A stretch of DNA of 64,000 bases from Micavibrio sp. UBA2400 (GCA_002343265.1 DDSC01000005.1:40596-104595), one strand, 5' to 3'; positions 10,586-22,460 are shown, numbered from the stretch's first letter. Translations and numbers: made by a program. The notes: a model not told the origin generated them from the sequence alone.

Positions 10586-10692
10586 TTGCAAAGGCTAGGT
10601 GTTATCGGTTATAACCCCATCCGTAAATCCCACAATAATTCAGCCTGTGTGCTGAGTTTACGTTAGAGAGGGTGCTGCCCCGCGCAGCGCCC
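10586..10692 (+). promoter_or_regulatory. rimP-nusA operon promoter and leader hairpin
   Basis: TTGCAA-N18-TATAAC; GC stem GGGTGCTGC/GCAGCGCCC at 10670-10692. Confidence 0.4.
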
Positions 10693-10715
10693 CGAAGGCA
10701 TTTGGAGCAGATCGC

Positions 10716-11264
10716 GTGGATGTGACGCAGAAGGTCGCTGAGATTATCGAACCCAGCTTGAACAGTATGGGCTTTTCGCTCGTGCGCGTTAGCTTTCAGA
10801 GCGGCACGTTACAGATCATGGCGGAGCGCGGCGAGACCAACCAGCTCAATATCGAAGAGTGCGAGCAGATCAGCCACACGGTGAGCGCGCTACTCGATGT
10901 TGCCGATCCCATTCGCAGCCGTTACATGCTTGAGGTTTCCTCGCCCGGTGTTGACCGGCCGCTGGTGCGCCTGTCTGATTTCGAGCGTTTTTCCGGACAA
11001 ACGGCCCGTCTGGAGTTGGGTGTCGCAGTTGACGGTCAGAAGCGTTATAAAGGCAAGCTGCGCGGCGCCAATGGTGCCAAAGTGCGCCTTGAGGTTGACG
11101 GCGTGATCCGCGAAATCGACTTTGCCGATATTGCGCAGGCGCGTCTGGATATCGCTGACGAAGTGTTCGCCAAGGGCGAGAAAAAGAAATTCACGGGGAA
11201 GGCGAAAAAACAGCCAACCTTTGAGCGTAAGACCAAGAGTACGAAAAAGGAGAAAGCGTCATGA
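10716..11264 (+). CDS. rimP: ribosome maturation factor RimP
   Basis: LEVSSPGVDRPL motif; upstream of nusA. Confidence 0.95.
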   Translation: MDVTQKVAEIIEPSLNSMGFSLVRVSFQSGTLQIMAERGETNQLNIEECEQISHTVSALLDVADPIRSRYMLEVSSPGVDRPLVRLSDFERFSGQTARLELGVAVDGQKRYKGKLRGANGAKVRLEVDGVIREIDFADIAQARLDIADEVFAKGEKKKFTGKAKKQPTFERKTKSTKKEKAS

Positions 11265-12787
11265 TGATGACCGAAATGTTGCAGGTGGCCGAAGTTGTCG
11301 CTCGCGAGAAGAATATCGAACGCGAGGAAGTGCTTGATGCGATGGAGCAGGCGCTGGTCAAGCTTGGCAAGGCCAAGTATGGCAGTGAACTGGATATCCG
11401 CGCCAAGATCGACCGCAAGACCGGCAAGATGCAGGTGTTCCGCGCCACCACTGTGGTTGAAGCTGTGGAGCCGGAGCTGGCCGCGCAGCAGGTCAGCCTC
11501 AAGGATGCTCTCAAGGTCGAAAAAGAGGCCAAGCTCGGGGATGTCTGGACCGAAGAGCTGCCGCCGGTCGAGTTCGGCCGCATCGGAGCGCAGAGCGCCA
11601 AGCAGGTTATCGTGCAGAAGGTTCGCGACGCCGAGCGCGCACGCCAGTTCGAAGAGTACAAGGATCGCGTCAACGAGGTCATCAACGGCAGCGTCAAGCG
11701 CGTCGAGTATGGCAATGTGACTGTCGATCTGGGCCGGGCCGAAGGTTATCTGCGTCGCGACGAGCTGCTGCCGCGTGAGCATTACAAGGTCGGCGATCGT
11801 ATCCGCGCCATCATTTACGACGTGCGTCAGGAAACCCGCGGCCCGCAGATTTTCCTCTCGCGCACCCACCCCATGTTCATGGCCAAGCTGTTCGCGCAGG
11901 AAGTTCCCGAGATTTATGACGGCATCATCGAGATCAAGGCGGTGGCGCGTGATCCGGGCAGCCGGGCCAAGATCGCCGTGCTCTCGCACGACAGCAGCAT
12001 CGACCCGATCGGAGCCTGTGTCGGTATGCGCGGCAGCCGTGTGCAGGCGGTAGTGCAGGAGTTGCAGGGCGAGAAGGTCGATATCATTCCGTGGGCGGCT
12101 GATCCGGCTACCTTTGTGGTTAACGCGCTGGCTCCGGCGGAAGTAGCCAAGGTCGTGCTGGATGACGAGGCCAACCGCATGGACGTGGTGGTGCCCGATG
12201 AGCAACTTAGCCTTGCTATTGGCCGTCGCGGTCAGAATGTGCGTCTGGCCAGTATGCTGACCGGCTGGGATATCGACATCATGACCGAGGCTGAGGAGTC
12301 TGAGCGTCGGACCCGTGAGTTCAACGAGCGCACCAATCTGTTCCGCACCGCGCTGGATGTAGATGAGGTGTTGGCCCAGTTGCTGGTTTCCGAAGGCTTC
12401 ACCCAGGTGGACGAGCTGGCGGCATCAAGTCTTGATGATATCGCCGGGATCGAAGGTCTGGACGAAACCATTGCGGAAGAGCTGAAGACTCGTGCTGCAA
12501 GCTGGCTCGCGGCGGAAGCGGCCAAGGCCGACGCCAAGCGCAAGGAGCTGGGTGTGACCGATGCGGTGGCTGCGTTGCCGGGTCTTAAGCTGGCGCAGGT
12601 CGTGCTGCTCGGCGAGAAAGGCATCAAGACACTGGATGATGTGGCCGATCTGGCGGGTGATGAGCTGATTGAGGCGCTGGGCACAGGTTCGCTCAGCCTT
12701 GATCAGGCCAACGCCGTGGTGATGGCGGCACGTGCGCATTGGTTCACCGACGGCGCTTCGGGCGGCAAGCCCGGCGCGGCCGCCTGA
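11261..12787 (+). CDS. nusA: transcription termination/antitermination factor NusA
   Basis: S1 and KH domains, ARDPGSRAKIAV, GRRGQNVRLAS. Confidence 0.98.
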   Translation: MMMTEMLQVAEVVAREKNIEREEVLDAMEQALVKLGKAKYGSELDIRAKIDRKTGKMQVFRATTVVEAVEPELAAQQVSLKDALKVEKEAKLGDVWTEELPPVEFGRIGAQSAKQVIVQKVRDAERARQFEEYKDRVNEVINGSVKRVEYGNVTVDLGRAEGYLRRDELLPREHYKVGDRIRAIIYDVRQETRGPQIFLSRTHPMFMAKLFAQEVPEIYDGIIEIKAVARDPGSRAKIAVLSHDSSIDPIGACVGMRGSRVQAVVQELQGEKVDIIPWAADPATFVVNALAPAEVAKVVLDDEANRMDVVVPDEQLSLAIGRRGQNVRLASMLTGWDIDIMTEAEESERRTREFNERTNLFRTALDVDEVLAQLLVSEGFTQVDELAASSLDDIAGIEGLDETIAEELKTRAASWLAAEAAKADAKRKELGVTDAVAALPGLKLAQVVLLGEKGIKTLDDVADLAGDELIEALGTGSLSLDQANAVVMAARAHWFTDGASGGKPGAAA

Positions 12788-12809
12788 GCCATGGGCGGAG
12801 GGGCTTGTC

Positions 12810-13622
12810 ATGATCGCTGCATCCAGCGAGTTTACCGATAAGCCAGACGGTGAGGCGCTGCGCGCTTTCGCTACCCTGCAGGATATGCCGGGATCGGCGT
12901 TGCCGACTGCGCCGGACGCTGTTCCGCTGGATGTCGTTCTGGGGCAGGAGATTGCGCGGCAGGTTGCTGCGCGCGGTGTGACTAGTCGCTTGCCCGATGC
13001 CGCGCACAGCATTGATGCGGCCATTGTTGCCCGCGAGCCGGAAGAGGTGGGCGGGCGCGGCTCCGGCCTGCGGCGGTGCATTGTCACCGGCGAGATTCAT
13101 CCCCATGAGCGGATGATCCGCTTTGTGCTCGGTCCCGAACATGTTGTGACCCCGGATCTGCACGAGAGCTTACCCGGTCGTGGCTATTGGGTCTTGGCGC
13201 GCCGGAATGAGCTGATGCGCGCAATCGTGCAGAATGCATTCAGTCGGGCTGCCCAGCAGACGGCCGTTGTTCCTCCCGCCCTGATCGATCAGGTCGTGGT
13301 ACTGGCGCGGCGGGCCTGCCTGAGCACACTCGGGCTGGCGCGGCGGGCGTGGGAAGTGGATCTCGGGCACGATTTTGTCAAACAGGCTCTGCAGGCGCAG
13401 CGCGCTGGTTTGGTTCTGATTGCCCGCAATGCGCCCAGTGAGGTCCAGCACAAGCTGGACCATCTGCTGGCGGCCGTTCCGGTGGTGGACCTGTTCAATA
13501 CCGCCGAGCTGTCGGTGGCGCTGGGGCGGGAGAGTCTGGTGTTTGTCGGTATTCGCCAAGGCCAGTGGAGTTTGCGATTGCAGGTTGAGTGCCAGCGGTT
13601 GGCCCAACTGCTCGGATCATGA
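12810..13622 (+). CDS. YlxR/DUF448 RNA-binding protein fused to an L7Ae-like domain, with an N-terminal extension
   Basis: RRCIVTG...MIRFV...LPGRGYWV; between nusA and infB. Confidence 0.85.
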   Translation: MIAASSEFTDKPDGEALRAFATLQDMPGSALPTAPDAVPLDVVLGQEIARQVAARGVTSRLPDAAHSIDAAIVAREPEEVGGRGSGLRRCIVTGEIHPHERMIRFVLGPEHVVTPDLHESLPGRGYWVLARRNELMRAIVQNAFSRAAQQTAVVPPALIDQVVVLARRACLSTLGLARRAWEVDLGHDFVKQALQAQRAGLVLIARNAPSEVQHKLDHLLAAVPVVDLFNTAELSVALGRESLVFVGIRQGQWSLRLQVECQRLAQLLGS

Positions 13623-13652
13623 TGTGTGAACAGACGGTGAAGTGAGGAAGCT

Positions 13653-16253
13653 ATGGCAGATCAGACTAATGACAGCGGCAAGAAGGTCCTTTCCCTGTCC
13701 GCGCGCCCGACCCTGAAGGTCGAGCCCAAGGGTGCCCCGGATGGCATGGTGCGCCAGAGCTTCAGTCATGGGCGCTCCAAGGCAGTGGCCGTTGAAGTGA
13801 AAAAGAAGCGCACGCATGGTCCCGACACACCGGCCGCCGCGCCTGTGGCAACGGGGGCACCGTCGGCTGCGCGTCAGGCTACCATCCGCGCCAGCACCGC
13901 ACCTCAACTCACCGATCATGAGCGTGAGGCGCGCCAGCGGGCCCTCAAAGCCTTGCAGGAAAACAGTCAGCGAACCGAAACGCCACGCCAACCCAGTATT
14001 GCCGAGCTGAACCGGCCGGTTGCTCCGCCGCCCGCCGCACCCGCGGCGGCTGAGACCGGTGCCGCCCGCCCGCTGGATCGCGATGCCTTGCGTAAAGCCG
14101 AGATGGAAGAGCTGCGCCGCATCAAGGAGCAGGAGCGCCAGGCCGCCACGCAGGCCGAGCTGAAGCGTCAGCAGGAAGAGGCCGCCAAGCGCCGTGCCGC
14201 CGCCCGCGGAGCCACTGCCAGCACAACCGAAGAACCCCGCTTTGAAGGTGGCATGGCCACACCACCGGGCTTGCGCACCGAGAGCGAAGACGACAGTCGT
14301 CGCAATGTGCGTAAGGGTCCCACCCGTACGCTGGGTCGCCCCCGTGGCGATGATCGCGTCGATATTGGCGCGGCTATTTCCGGGGAAGACGGCGTGCGCC
14401 GCCGCTCCATCGCCTCCATCCGACGCCGGGCCGAAAAGGCGCGTCAGGCTTATATGGATCAGAACAAGTCAAAGGAAAAAATCATCCGCGAAGTCATTAT
14501 CCCGGAAGTCATCACCGTGGGTGAGCTGGCCGGGCGTATGGCCGAGCGCGGGGCCGATGTGGTCAAGTGCCTGATGAAGATGGGTATGCTGGTGACCATT
14601 ACCCAGACTATTGATGCCGATACCGCTGAGCTGGTGGTGGGCGAGTTCGGCCACAAGTTCAAGCGTGTGGCGGCCACCGACGTGCTCGAGGGCCTGACCG
14701 GCGCTGAAGATACAGCTGAAACCATGGTGGCCCGTCCGCCGATTGTGACCATCATGGGCCATGTCGATCACGGTAAAACCTCGCTGCTTGATGCGATCCG
14801 CAAGACCCAGGTGGCAGCGGGTGAAGCGGGCGGTATTACCCAGCATATCGGTGCCTATCAGGTCAGCGTGAAGGATGGTCAGAAGATCACCTTTATCGAT
14901 ACCCCGGGCCATGCCGCCTTCAGCGAGATGCGCGCCCGTGGCGCCAACCTCACCGATATTGTAGTTCTGGTGGTGGCTGCCGATGACGGCATCATGCCGC
15001 AAACCATTGAGGCGCTGACCCATGCCAAGGCAGCCAAGGTGCCCATCGTACTGGCAATCAACAAGTGCGACCTGCCCGGTGCCAATCCGCAGAAGATCCG
15101 TAACGATCTGCTGCAACATGAGCTGGTGGTCGAGCAGATGGGCGGCGATGTCATGGATGTCGAAGTGTCGGCCAAAACCGGCATGAATCTCGACAAACTG
15201 CTGGAAACCATCCTGCTGCAAGCAGAGGTGATGGATCTGAAGGCGAATCCCGATCGTATGGCGCAGGGCACTGTGGTGGAGGCCCGCATGGAGAAGGGTC
15301 GCGGCAGCGTGGCGACCGTTCTGGTACAAAAGGGCACCCTCAAGGTGGGCGATATCTTTGTCGCCGGTACCGAGTGGGGTCGTGTCCGTCTGCTCGTCAA
15401 TGATCGTGGCACCAATGTGAAGGATGCCGGTCCGGCCGTCCCGGTCGAAGTGCTGGGTCTCACCGGTACGCCCGAGGCGGGCGATGATCTGGTGGTGGTG
15501 GAAACCGAAGCCCGCGCCCGCGAAGTGGCCGACTTCCGCGACCGTCAGCGCCGTGAGAAAGCCGCCGTGGCAACCGCCCGTGGCAGTCTCGACCAGATGT
15601 TCGCCCAGATCAAGGCGGGCGAAATCAAGGAACTGCCGGTCGTCATCAAGGGTGATGTGCATGGGTCCATCGAAGCTATTGCCGGTGCGCTTGAAAAGCT
15701 CACGGGTGAGGGCAGCGAAGTGCGGGCCAAGGTGCTGCACGCCGCTGTCGGTCCTATCACCGAGAGCGATGTGACGCTGGCCAGCGCCAGCAAGGCTCTT
15801 ATTATCGGCTTTAACGTGCGGGCCAACCCGCAGGCGCGGGATATCGCTAAGCGCGACGGCCTCGATATCCGCTACTACTCGATTATTTATGAAGTCATTG
15901 ACGATGTGAAGGCGATGCTCACCGGCCTGCTCGCGCCCACCCTGCGCGAGAAGTTCATCGGTCATGCGGTCATCCGTCAGGTGTTCAACATCACCAAGTA
16001 CGGCAAGGTGGCTGGCTGTATGGTCACCGACGGCATGGTCAAGCGCGGTGCGGGCGTGCGCCTGCTGCGCGACAACGTGGTTATCCACACCGGTACACTC
16101 AAGACCCTCAAGCGCTTCAAGGACGAAGTCAAAGAGGTTAAGGATGGCTTTGAGTGCGGCATGGCGTTTGAGGCTTACGACGATATCCGCGAAGGAGACA
16201 TCATCGAAGCCTACGAGATGGAAGAAGTGGCGCGCGAGCTGAAGACGGCGTGA
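13653..16253 (+). CDS. infB: translation initiation factor IF-2
   Basis: [17 protein letters not shown] GTPase motifs. Confidence 0.98.
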   Translation: MADQTNDSGKKVLSLSARPTLKVEPKGAPDGMVRQSFSHGRSKAVAVEVKKKRTHGPDTPAAAPVATGAPSAARQATIRASTAPQLTDHEREARQRALKALQENSQRTETPRQPSIAELNRPVAPPPAAPAAAETGAARPLDRDALRKAEMEELRRIKEQERQAATQAELKRQQEEAAKRRAAARGATASTTEEPRFEGGMATPPGLRTESEDDSRRNVRKGPTRTLGRPRGDDRVDIGAAISGEDGVRRRSIASIRRRAEKARQAYMDQNKSKEKIIREVIIPEVITVGELAGRMAERGADVVKCLMKMGMLVTITQTIDADTAELVVGEFGHKFKRVAATDVLEGLTGAEDTAETMVARPPIVTIMGHVDHGKTSLLDAIRKTQVAAGEAGGITQHIGAYQVSVKDGQKITFIDTPGHAAFSEMRARGANLTDIVVLVVAADDGIMPQTIEALTHAKAAKVPIVLAINKCDLPGANPQKIRNDLLQHELVVEQMGGDVMDVEVSAKTGMNLDKLLETILLQAEVMDLKANPDRMAQGTVVEARMEKGRGSVATVLVQKGTLKVGDIFVAGTEWGRVRLLVNDRGTNVKDAGPAVPVEVLGLTGTPEAGDDLVVVETEARAREVADFRDRQRREKAAVATARGSLDQMFAQIKAGEIKELPVVIKGDVHGSIEAIAGALEKLTGEGSEVRAKVLHAAVGPITESDVTLASASKALIIGFNVRANPQARDIAKRDGLDIRYYSIIYEVIDDVKAMLTGLLAPTLREKFIGHAVIRQVFNITKYGKVAGCMVTDGMVKRGAGVRLLRDNVVIHTGTLKTLKRFKDEVKEVKDGFECGMAFEAYDDIREGDIIEAYEMEEVARELKTA

Positions 16254-16657
16254 GAGAGATGAAGCCTTCCACTCGCTCTCCCCGCACCGCCAGCGCGCGC
16301 CCGCTCAAAATGGGTGCGGCCGTTCAGCACGCGCTGGCCGATATTTTCATGCGCGGCAAAGTGCATGATCCGGTGTTGGCCAAGCTCAAAGTCACGGTGA
16401 CGGAAGTGCGCATGAGCCCCGATCTGGCTCACGCCACGGTGTTTGTCACTCCCTTTGGCGGCGGCGATCCACGGCCCATGCTTAAAGAGCTCAAGCGCTG
16501 TGCGCCGCAACTGCGCAGTGCGGTGGCCCATAGCGTAAAAATGCGCCACGCGCCTGAGCTGCACTTCCAGCCCGATGAGTCTTTCGATTATGCCGAGACC
16601 ATCGAACGTGCGCTCAAAGACCCGGTGGTGGCGAAGGATTTGGGGAAAGCAGACTGA
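16250..16657 (+). CDS. rbfA: ribosome-binding factor A
   Basis: [21 protein letters not shown]; start may instead be ATG 16259. Confidence 0.95.
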   Translation: MREMKPSTRSPRTASARPLKMGAAVQHALADIFMRGKVHDPVLAKLKVTVTEVRMSPDLAHATVFVTPFGGGDPRPMLKELKRCAPQLRSAVAHSVKMRHAPELHFQPDESFDYAETIERALKDPVVAKDLGKAD

Positions 16658-16671
16658 GAGATCTAGAAAAA

Positions 16672-17130
16672 ATGAGCAATTATGAAACCCATAAACTCGA
16701 CCGCATCGCCACGCTTGAAGCCCTTTTGGCAGGATTTGAGCCGGAGGATTTTAGTGCCGATGTTGCTGAAGGGTTGGTGTTGCGAGATGCTCCGATGAAA
16801 CTGGGGAATGCCCCGCAAGGGGTTGGGCGCACTGTCTTGTTAGGGACGATTGAAGCTTTGCAGCAGACAGAGTCAGTAGAAGACTTGCGGGCGCTGGTCG
16901 CTTATACGCAGCGTTCAGATTTCCACTCTCCCATTGGCGGAGACAATTCCGATGTTAACAGGAAGGTGGCGAGCTTTATTCAGCTTGTCGCCAGCCATAT
17001 TGAGATATCTTTTGCGGGCGATCCGCAGGCCGCTGCGTTTCAAGAGCATCAGGTCAGCCGCGAAGCTGGTGCCAGCGCCGCTGTGTCAGGTCTGCTGAAA
17101 AAACTTTCCCGGCCAACGGGCCCAAATTGA
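16672..17130 (+). CDS. hypothetical protein inserted between rbfA and truB
   Basis: 152-aa ORF whose stop overlaps the truB start; atypical codon usage. Confidence 0.65.
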   Translation: MSNYETHKLDRIATLEALLAGFEPEDFSADVAEGLVLRDAPMKLGNAPQGVGRTVLLGTIEALQQTESVEDLRALVAYTQRSDFHSPIGGDNSDVNRKVASFIQLVASHIEISFAGDPQAAAFQEHQVSREAGASAAVSGLLKKLSRPTGPN

Positions 17131-18062
17131 AACGCAAAGGCATCCCCCTCAACGGCTGGCTGGCGCTCGATAAACCAGCGGGCATGACCAGCACGCAGGC
17201 GCTCGGCGCGGCGCGGCGCATTTTGGGTGCGGCCAAAGCCGGGCATGGCGGCACACTCGATCCGCTCGCCACTGGCATATTGCCGCTGGCCTTTGGCGAG
17301 GCCACCAAGACAGTGGCCTATGTGATGGATGCCGCCAAGCGTTACCGCTTCACCATTAAATGGGGCGAGCAGACCAGCACCGATGATAGGGAAGGGCAGG
17401 TGATTGCCACCAGCCCGGTGCGTCCATCGCCCGAACATATCAAGGCGGCCTTACCCTCTTTCGTTGGTCGCATTATGCAAACGCCCCCGGCCTACTCGGC
17501 CATCAAGGTGGATGGTGAGCGTGCCTATGATCTTGCCCGCGCGGGTGAGGTGGTGGAGCTGGCGGCCCGCGAAGTCGAAATTAACGAATTCACCTTGATT
17601 CAGTTGGATGATTCCGATCACGCGACCTTTGAAGTGGCTTGCGGCAAGGGCACATATGTACGCTCGCTGGCGCGTGACCTTGCCGTTAAGCTTGGCACAG
17701 TCGGCCATCTTACCGCCTTGCGCCGCCTCAAGGTGGGTCGTTTTACGGAGGAAAACGCGATTTCGCTGGACTCCTTAACGCAAAAAGTGCAAAACACCCC
17801 CGCTGCACAGCTTCTGCTGCCGATCGAGACCGCGCTAGACGACATCCCGGCGCTTTCCCTCACGGAGCAAGAGGCACAGTGGTTGCGACTGGGACGGCGG
17901 ATCAGCCTGCTCCAGTTTACCGGCCGCGAGCGGCTGCTGGCTCTGCCCGAGCCAGCGCGACACGGGCATTGCCCGGTGGTCGCGCTGTATGCGGGGAAAA
18001 CGGTAGCGCTTGGCGAGGTCGTAGCCGGGGAGTTCCGCGCGGTGCGGGTACTCAACCAGTAA
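17127..18062 (+). CDS. truB: tRNA pseudouridine(55) synthase TruB
   Basis: GHGGTLDPLATG, CGKGTYVRSLARD. Confidence 0.97.
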   Translation: MKRKGIPLNGWLALDKPAGMTSTQALGAARRILGAAKAGHGGTLDPLATGILPLAFGEATKTVAYVMDAAKRYRFTIKWGEQTSTDDREGQVIATSPVRPSPEHIKAALPSFVGRIMQTPPAYSAIKVDGERAYDLARAGEVVELAAREVEINEFTLIQLDDSDHATFEVACGKGTYVRSLARDLAVKLGTVGHLTALRRLKVGRFTEENAISLDSLTQKVQNTPAAQLLLPIETALDDIPALSLTEQEAQWLRLGRRISLLQFTGRERLLALPEPARHGHCPVVALYAGKTVALGEVVAGEFRAVRVLNQ

Positions 18063-18086
18063 CCTTCTAACTCATAGGAGTGAACG

Positions 18087-18356
18087 ATGTCGATTACGGT
18101 TGCTCGCAAAGCCGAGCTGATGAAAGAATTTGCCACCAGCAAGAACGATACCGGTTCGCCGCAGGTCCAGATCGCTGTGCTCTCGCACCGCATCAAGGTG
18201 CTGACCGAGCATTTCAAGGTCAACAAGAAGGATCACCACAGCCGTCGCGGCATGCTCAAGATGGTGGCCACCCGCCGCAAGCTGCTCGACTACCTCAAGG
18301 ACCGCGATACCGCCCAGTATGAGGCGATCGTCAAGAAGCTCGGTCTGCGTGGTTAA
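18087..18356 (+). CDS. rpsO: 30S ribosomal protein S15
   Basis: [18 protein letters not shown]. Confidence 0.98.
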   Translation: MSITVARKAELMKEFATSKNDTGSPQVQIAVLSHRIKVLTEHFKVNKKDHHSRRGMLKMVATRRKLLDYLKDRDTAQYEAIVKKLGLRG

Positions 18357-18832
18357 TGACTCCAGCTCAGTCTGAACGTATTATTGCAGGCGCTTTCATC
18401 ACCGATGGTGATGGGCGCCTGTTGCTCTTGCAGCGAGCTGCAGATGAGTTTTTGCCTTTTCATTGGGAAGTCCCTTCTGGTCATGTTGAAAGCGGCGAGT
18501 CTCTTGCAGACGCGTTGCGGCGTGAGGTGAGCGAAGAGGTCGGGGCGCAAGTTCGTGAGATTGGCCCGATGCTGGCATCTTTCAGATATCTTTCCGGGAG
18601 CGGGAAACCAACGGAGCAACTCACGTTTCACGTTTTGTGTGATACTCCTCTGGTCGTACGCCTATCGGAAGAACATATGGCCTATCGCTGGCTTACCAAT
18701 ACGGACGCTGTTCCCGAGCCAATGACCGACGAGACAAAGGGAATCATCCGAGAGTTTTTTCGGCTCAGGCCGAATGGAAAATTTCAGCACGGTGCTGAGA
18801 CGAACGGGGCGCATAGGGTGCTCCAACCATAA
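18356..18832 (+). CDS. Nudix hydrolase
   Basis: Nudix box GHVESGESLADALRREVSEEVG; TAATG-coupled to rpsO. Confidence 0.85.
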   Translation: MTPAQSERIIAGAFITDGDGRLLLLQRAADEFLPFHWEVPSGHVESGESLADALRREVSEEVGAQVREIGPMLASFRYLSGSGKPTEQLTFHVLCDTPLVVRLSEEHMAYRWLTNTDAVPEPMTDETKGIIREFFRLRPNGKFQHGAETNGAHRVLQP

Positions 18833-18896
18833 ATCCGGGACAGGGTGCCCGGTCGGGTGGCCATAGGGGCCGCACGCAGAAGGAAGAGAGAGACGA

Positions 18897-21041
18897 ATGT
18901 TCAACGTGTATCGTAAGGAAATCAACTGGGGCGGGCGCAGCCTGATCCTCGAAACCGGCAAGATCGCCCGTCAGGCTGACGCGGCTGTGGTGGCTACCTA
19001 TGGCGGCACCACCGTGCTCTGCACCGTTGTGGCTGCCCGCAAGGCCAAGGAAGGCATCGACTTCTTCCCGCTCACCGTGAATTATCAGGAAAAAGCCTTT
19101 GCCGCTGGCAAAATCCCCGGTGGTTACTTCAAACGCGAAGGGCGCCCGAGCGAGAAGGAAACGCTGGTCAGCCGCTTGATCGATCGTCCGATCCGTCCGC
19201 TGTTCGCCGACGGCTTCCGCAATGAAACACAGGTCATCGCCACCGTGCTGAGCGTTGATCTCGAGAATGATGCCGACATCGTGGCCATGGTTGGCTGTTC
19301 AGCCGCGCTTACCCTGTCGGGTGTGCCGTTCATGGGCCCCATTGGCGCCGCACGTGTAGGCTATATGAACGGCGCATATGTGCTCAATCCTACCAGCAGC
19401 CAGCAGGCCGATGCCGCCAACAAGCTCGATCTCGTTGTCGCTGGTACGCAAGAGGGTGTGCTGATGGTGGAATCCGAAGCGCAGGAGCTGAGCGAAGATA
19501 TCATGCTCGGCGCGGTCACCTTCGGTCACCAGCAGTTCCAGCCGGTTATTCAGGCCATCATCGAACTGGCCGAGCAGGCCGCCAAGGAAGCCTGGCCGCT
19601 GCCCAATCCGGGCTATGATGCCAAGGCGCTCAAGGAGCAGATCAAGGCCAAGTATGGTGCCGAGCTGCGTGCCGCTTATGGCAACGTCCAGAAGGCCGTG
19701 CGCTATGACGCCGTTGGCGCGGTGAAGGAAAAGGTCAAGGCTGAGATGGCCAATGATACCCTGCCGCCGGAAGCGCTGGGCCTTGCTCTGCACGATGTGG
19801 AAGCCGAAATTGTGCGCTTCAATATCCTCGATACCGGCAAGCGTATCGATGGCCGCGACGGTAAGACCGTGCGCCCCATCGTCAGCGAAGTTGGTGTGCT
19901 GCCCCGTGCCCATGGCTCGGCGCTGTTCACCCGCGGCGAGACACAGGCGCTGGTGGTGGCCACGCTTGGCACCGGGCAGGATGAGCAGATCATCGACGCG
20001 CTCGAGGGCGAATACCGCGAGCACTTCATGCTGCACTACAACTTCCCGCCCTACTCGGTGGGCGAGACGGGCCGCATGGGCAGCCCCGGTCGCCGCGAAA
20101 TCGGCCATGGCAAGCTGGCGTGGCGCGCCATTCATCCGCTGCTGCCGAGCAAGGAGAAATTCCCCTACACCATGCGTCTGGTCAGCGAGATCACCGAGTC
20201 CAACGGCTCAAGCTCCATGGCCACGGTGTGCGGCAGCTCGCTCGCGCTGATGGATGCCGGTGTGCCGCTGGCTCGTCCGATTGCGGGCATCGCCATGGGT
20301 CTCATCAAGGAAGGTGAGCGCTTTGCCGTGCTGTCCGACATTATGGGTGATGAAGATCATCTCGGTGATATGGACTTCAAGGTGGCGGGTACCGAAAGCG
20401 GCATCACCAGCCTGCAGATGGACCTTAAGATCACCTCGATCAATGCGCAGATCATGGAGATCGCCCTGCGCCAGGCTAAGGATGGGCGTCTGCACATTCT
20501 GGGCGAAATGGCCAAGGCTATTACCGGTGCCCGCGAAGGTGTCAACGCCAACGCACCGCGCATCACCGTCATCCAGATCCCCAAGGACAAGATCCGCGAG
20601 GTGATCGGCACGGGCGGCAAGGTGATCCGCGAAATCGTCGAGCAGACCGGCGCCAAGGTCGACATCGAGGATGATGGCACCATCAAGATCGCCGCCGTCG
20701 AGCAGAAGGCCGCCGATGCCGCCATCAACTGGATCAAGGGCATTGTGGCCGAGCCGGAAGTGGGCGTGATCTACACCGGCAAGGTGGTCAAGGTCATGGA
20801 CTTCGGTGCCTTCGTCAACTTCCTCGGCGCCAAGGATGGCCTTGTGCACATCTCGGAGCTGGCCCCGCAGCGCGTAGCCAAGACCAGCGATGTGGTCAAA
20901 GAGGGCGACGTGGTGAAGGTCAAGTGCCTGGGCTTTGACGACCGTGGCAAGATCCGCCTCTCGATGAAGGTGGTGGATCAGGCTACGGGCGCTGACCTCA
21001 GCCAGCAGCCCCCCGCCGCACCGACTGCCACGGCAGGCTAA
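18897..21041 (+). CDS. pnp: polyribonucleotide nucleotidyltransferase
   Basis: two RNase PH domains, [18 protein letters not shown] and S1 domains. Confidence 0.98.
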   Translation: MFNVYRKEINWGGRSLILETGKIARQADAAVVATYGGTTVLCTVVAARKAKEGIDFFPLTVNYQEKAFAAGKIPGGYFKREGRPSEKETLVSRLIDRPIRPLFADGFRNETQVIATVLSVDLENDADIVAMVGCSAALTLSGVPFMGPIGAARVGYMNGAYVLNPTSSQQADAANKLDLVVAGTQEGVLMVESEAQELSEDIMLGAVTFGHQQFQPVIQAIIELAEQAAKEAWPLPNPGYDAKALKEQIKAKYGAELRAAYGNVQKAVRYDAVGAVKEKVKAEMANDTLPPEALGLALHDVEAEIVRFNILDTGKRIDGRDGKTVRPIVSEVGVLPRAHGSALFTRGETQALVVATLGTGQDEQIIDALEGEYREHFMLHYNFPPYSVGETGRMGSPGRREIGHGKLAWRAIHPLLPSKEKFPYTMRLVSEITESNGSSSMATVCGSSLALMDAGVPLARPIAGIAMGLIKEGERFAVLSDIMGDEDHLGDMDFKVAGTESGITSLQMDLKITSINAQIMEIALRQAKDGRLHILGEMAKAITGAREGVNANAPRITVIQIPKDKIREVIGTGGKVIREIVEQTGAKVDIEDDGTIKIAAVEQKAADAAINWIKGIVAEPEVGVIYTGKVVKVMDFGAFVNFLGAKDGLVHISELAPQRVAKTSDVVKEGDVVKVKCLGFDDRGKIRLSMKVVDQATGADLSQQPPAAPTATAG

Positions 21042-21062
21042 GTTGAATCAATAAGTTAGAAC

Positions 21063-21094
21063 AAAGCGCCTTCGCGAAAGCGAGGGCGCTTTTT
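21063..21094 (+). terminator. rho-independent terminator after pnp (possibly bidirectional)
   Basis: AAAGCGCCTTCGC-GAAA-GCGAGGGCGC followed by TTTTT. Confidence 0.85.
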
Positions 21095-21096
21095 AT

Positions 21097-21534
21097 TCAA
21101 CCACAATTCAGTGCTTGATAGCCCGAAAGCTTATGCTCTCTCACGACTGCACAAGCGGTCTGGTGCAGTTTATGGGCGTGGGCGATATGAGCTGCATCAG
21201 GAGATTTAAGATCATTCTGCATCACACCGCCCAGCTTTGGTGCTGCAATAGCGTGGGTGATGCGGGGCTTGGCTTGTGCGTTAAACCGGTAAATCCAACT
21301 ATTACCAACACCTACCGTTTGTTCAATTCGCCCAGTTTTATCGAAACTGAAGCAGCCACCGCGCTGCTGACACTCCATGGTGCTGGTCATGCGGCTGAGC
21401 CTGCCCCCGCGTTGGTCAATCAGGACCATGTCATGGGGGTTGATCAGAGCAAAGGTACCGGTTAGCCAGAGCGGTGCTCCTGCAAAGGCGATAATTCCCG
21501 CATTTATCCATCTCTCTTTAGTCATTATCTTCAT
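21097..21534 (-). CDS. hypothetical exported or membrane-anchored protein
   Basis: RBS AAAGGA before ATG 21534; N-terminal hydrophobic segment; 4 Cys. Confidence 0.55.
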   Translation of the reverse strand: MKIMTKERWINAGIIAFAGAPLWLTGTFALINPHDMVLIDQRGGRLSRMTSTMECQQRGGCFSFDKTGRIEQTVGVGNSWIYRFNAQAKPRITHAIAAPKLGGVMQNDLKSPDAAHIAHAHKLHQTACAVVREHKLSGYQALNCG

Positions 21535-21650
21535 CTTCCGTCCTTTCCTGTTTCGCGCGCACATTAGCCGAAAGCAGACGGAGGAAGTGTGACACTGTTG
21601 TTACAAATCACAGGGCTGGCCAAGACCCGTAGTCCTGATATTTTAAAAGC

Positions 21651-22460
21651 ATGATTACCCTCCCCCAACTCATTGCCCATCGCGGTGATCGCCGTTACGC
21701 GCCGGAGAACACGCTGGCGGCCTTTCGGCAGGCCAAGGCCAAAGGCGCGCGTTGGGTCGAGTTTGATGCCACCCTTACGCGCGAGCTGCTGGCTCCGGCG
21801 GTGATTTTCCATGACGATACCGCCGGTCGCACCACCGATCTGGGCGATCGGCCTCTTAATACTCTGGGGTTTGAGGAGCTGCGCGCTGCGGATGCCGGTA
21901 GCTGGTTTGCCCCAGCCTTTGCCGGCGAGAAGGTGCCTACACTGGCCGAGACGATGACGCTGTGCGACGAGTTGGGCCTTGGTATGAATATCGAGATCAA
22001 GCTGAGCGCCGGGACCGATGAAGCGCTAGCGCAGCTCACCGCCCGCCGGGTGTTGGAAGATGTCGCTGCCGTGCGCAAGGGGAACTGGGATAACATACTG
22101 TTCTCCAGCTTCTCACCCTACGCCGTGCAGGTGGTGCGCGAGGCGGTACCCGAAGCGGCTTGCGGGTTTCTGTTGCATCAGCTGGCGGCTGAGGACGCGC
22201 ATGATGACAGCTGGCCTGATCTGAGTGCATGGCTGCTCCAGCTCCAGCCGCATACCTTGCATCTCAATCATGAGCTGATTCCTGATCCATCCCGCTTCAC
22301 GCAGTTCCGTGCTGTGATGCACCGGGCGCTCGGGCGCGAGTTGCCACTGCTGGCTTATACGGTTAATGAAGCCGCCCGCGCTAAGGAGTTGTTTGACTGG
22401 GGGATTGCGGCCCTGTTTACCGATGCACCCGGCGACCTGCGGGCCGAATTATCCCGATAA
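21651..22460 (+). CDS. glycerophosphodiester phosphodiesterase (UgpQ-like)
   Basis: IAHRG...APENTLAAF, VEFD, HDDT, NIEIK. Confidence 0.93.
   Translation: MITLPQLIAHRGDRRYAPENTLAAFRQAKAKGARWVEFDATLTRELLAPAVIFHDDTAGRTTDLGDRPLNTLGFEELRAADAGSWFAPAFAGEKVPTLAETMTLCDELGLGMNIEIKLSAGTDEALAQLTARRVLEDVAAVRKGNWDNILFSSFSPYAVQVVREAVPEAACGFLLHQLAAEDAHDDSWPDLSAWLLQLQPHTLHLNHELIPDPSRFTQFRAVMHRALGRELPLLAYTVNEAARAKELFDWGIAALFTDAPGDLRAELSR

Noticed and set aside
14469-16088. 539-aa antisense ORF
   Set aside because: Shadow frame opposite infB, expected from high-GC codon bias.
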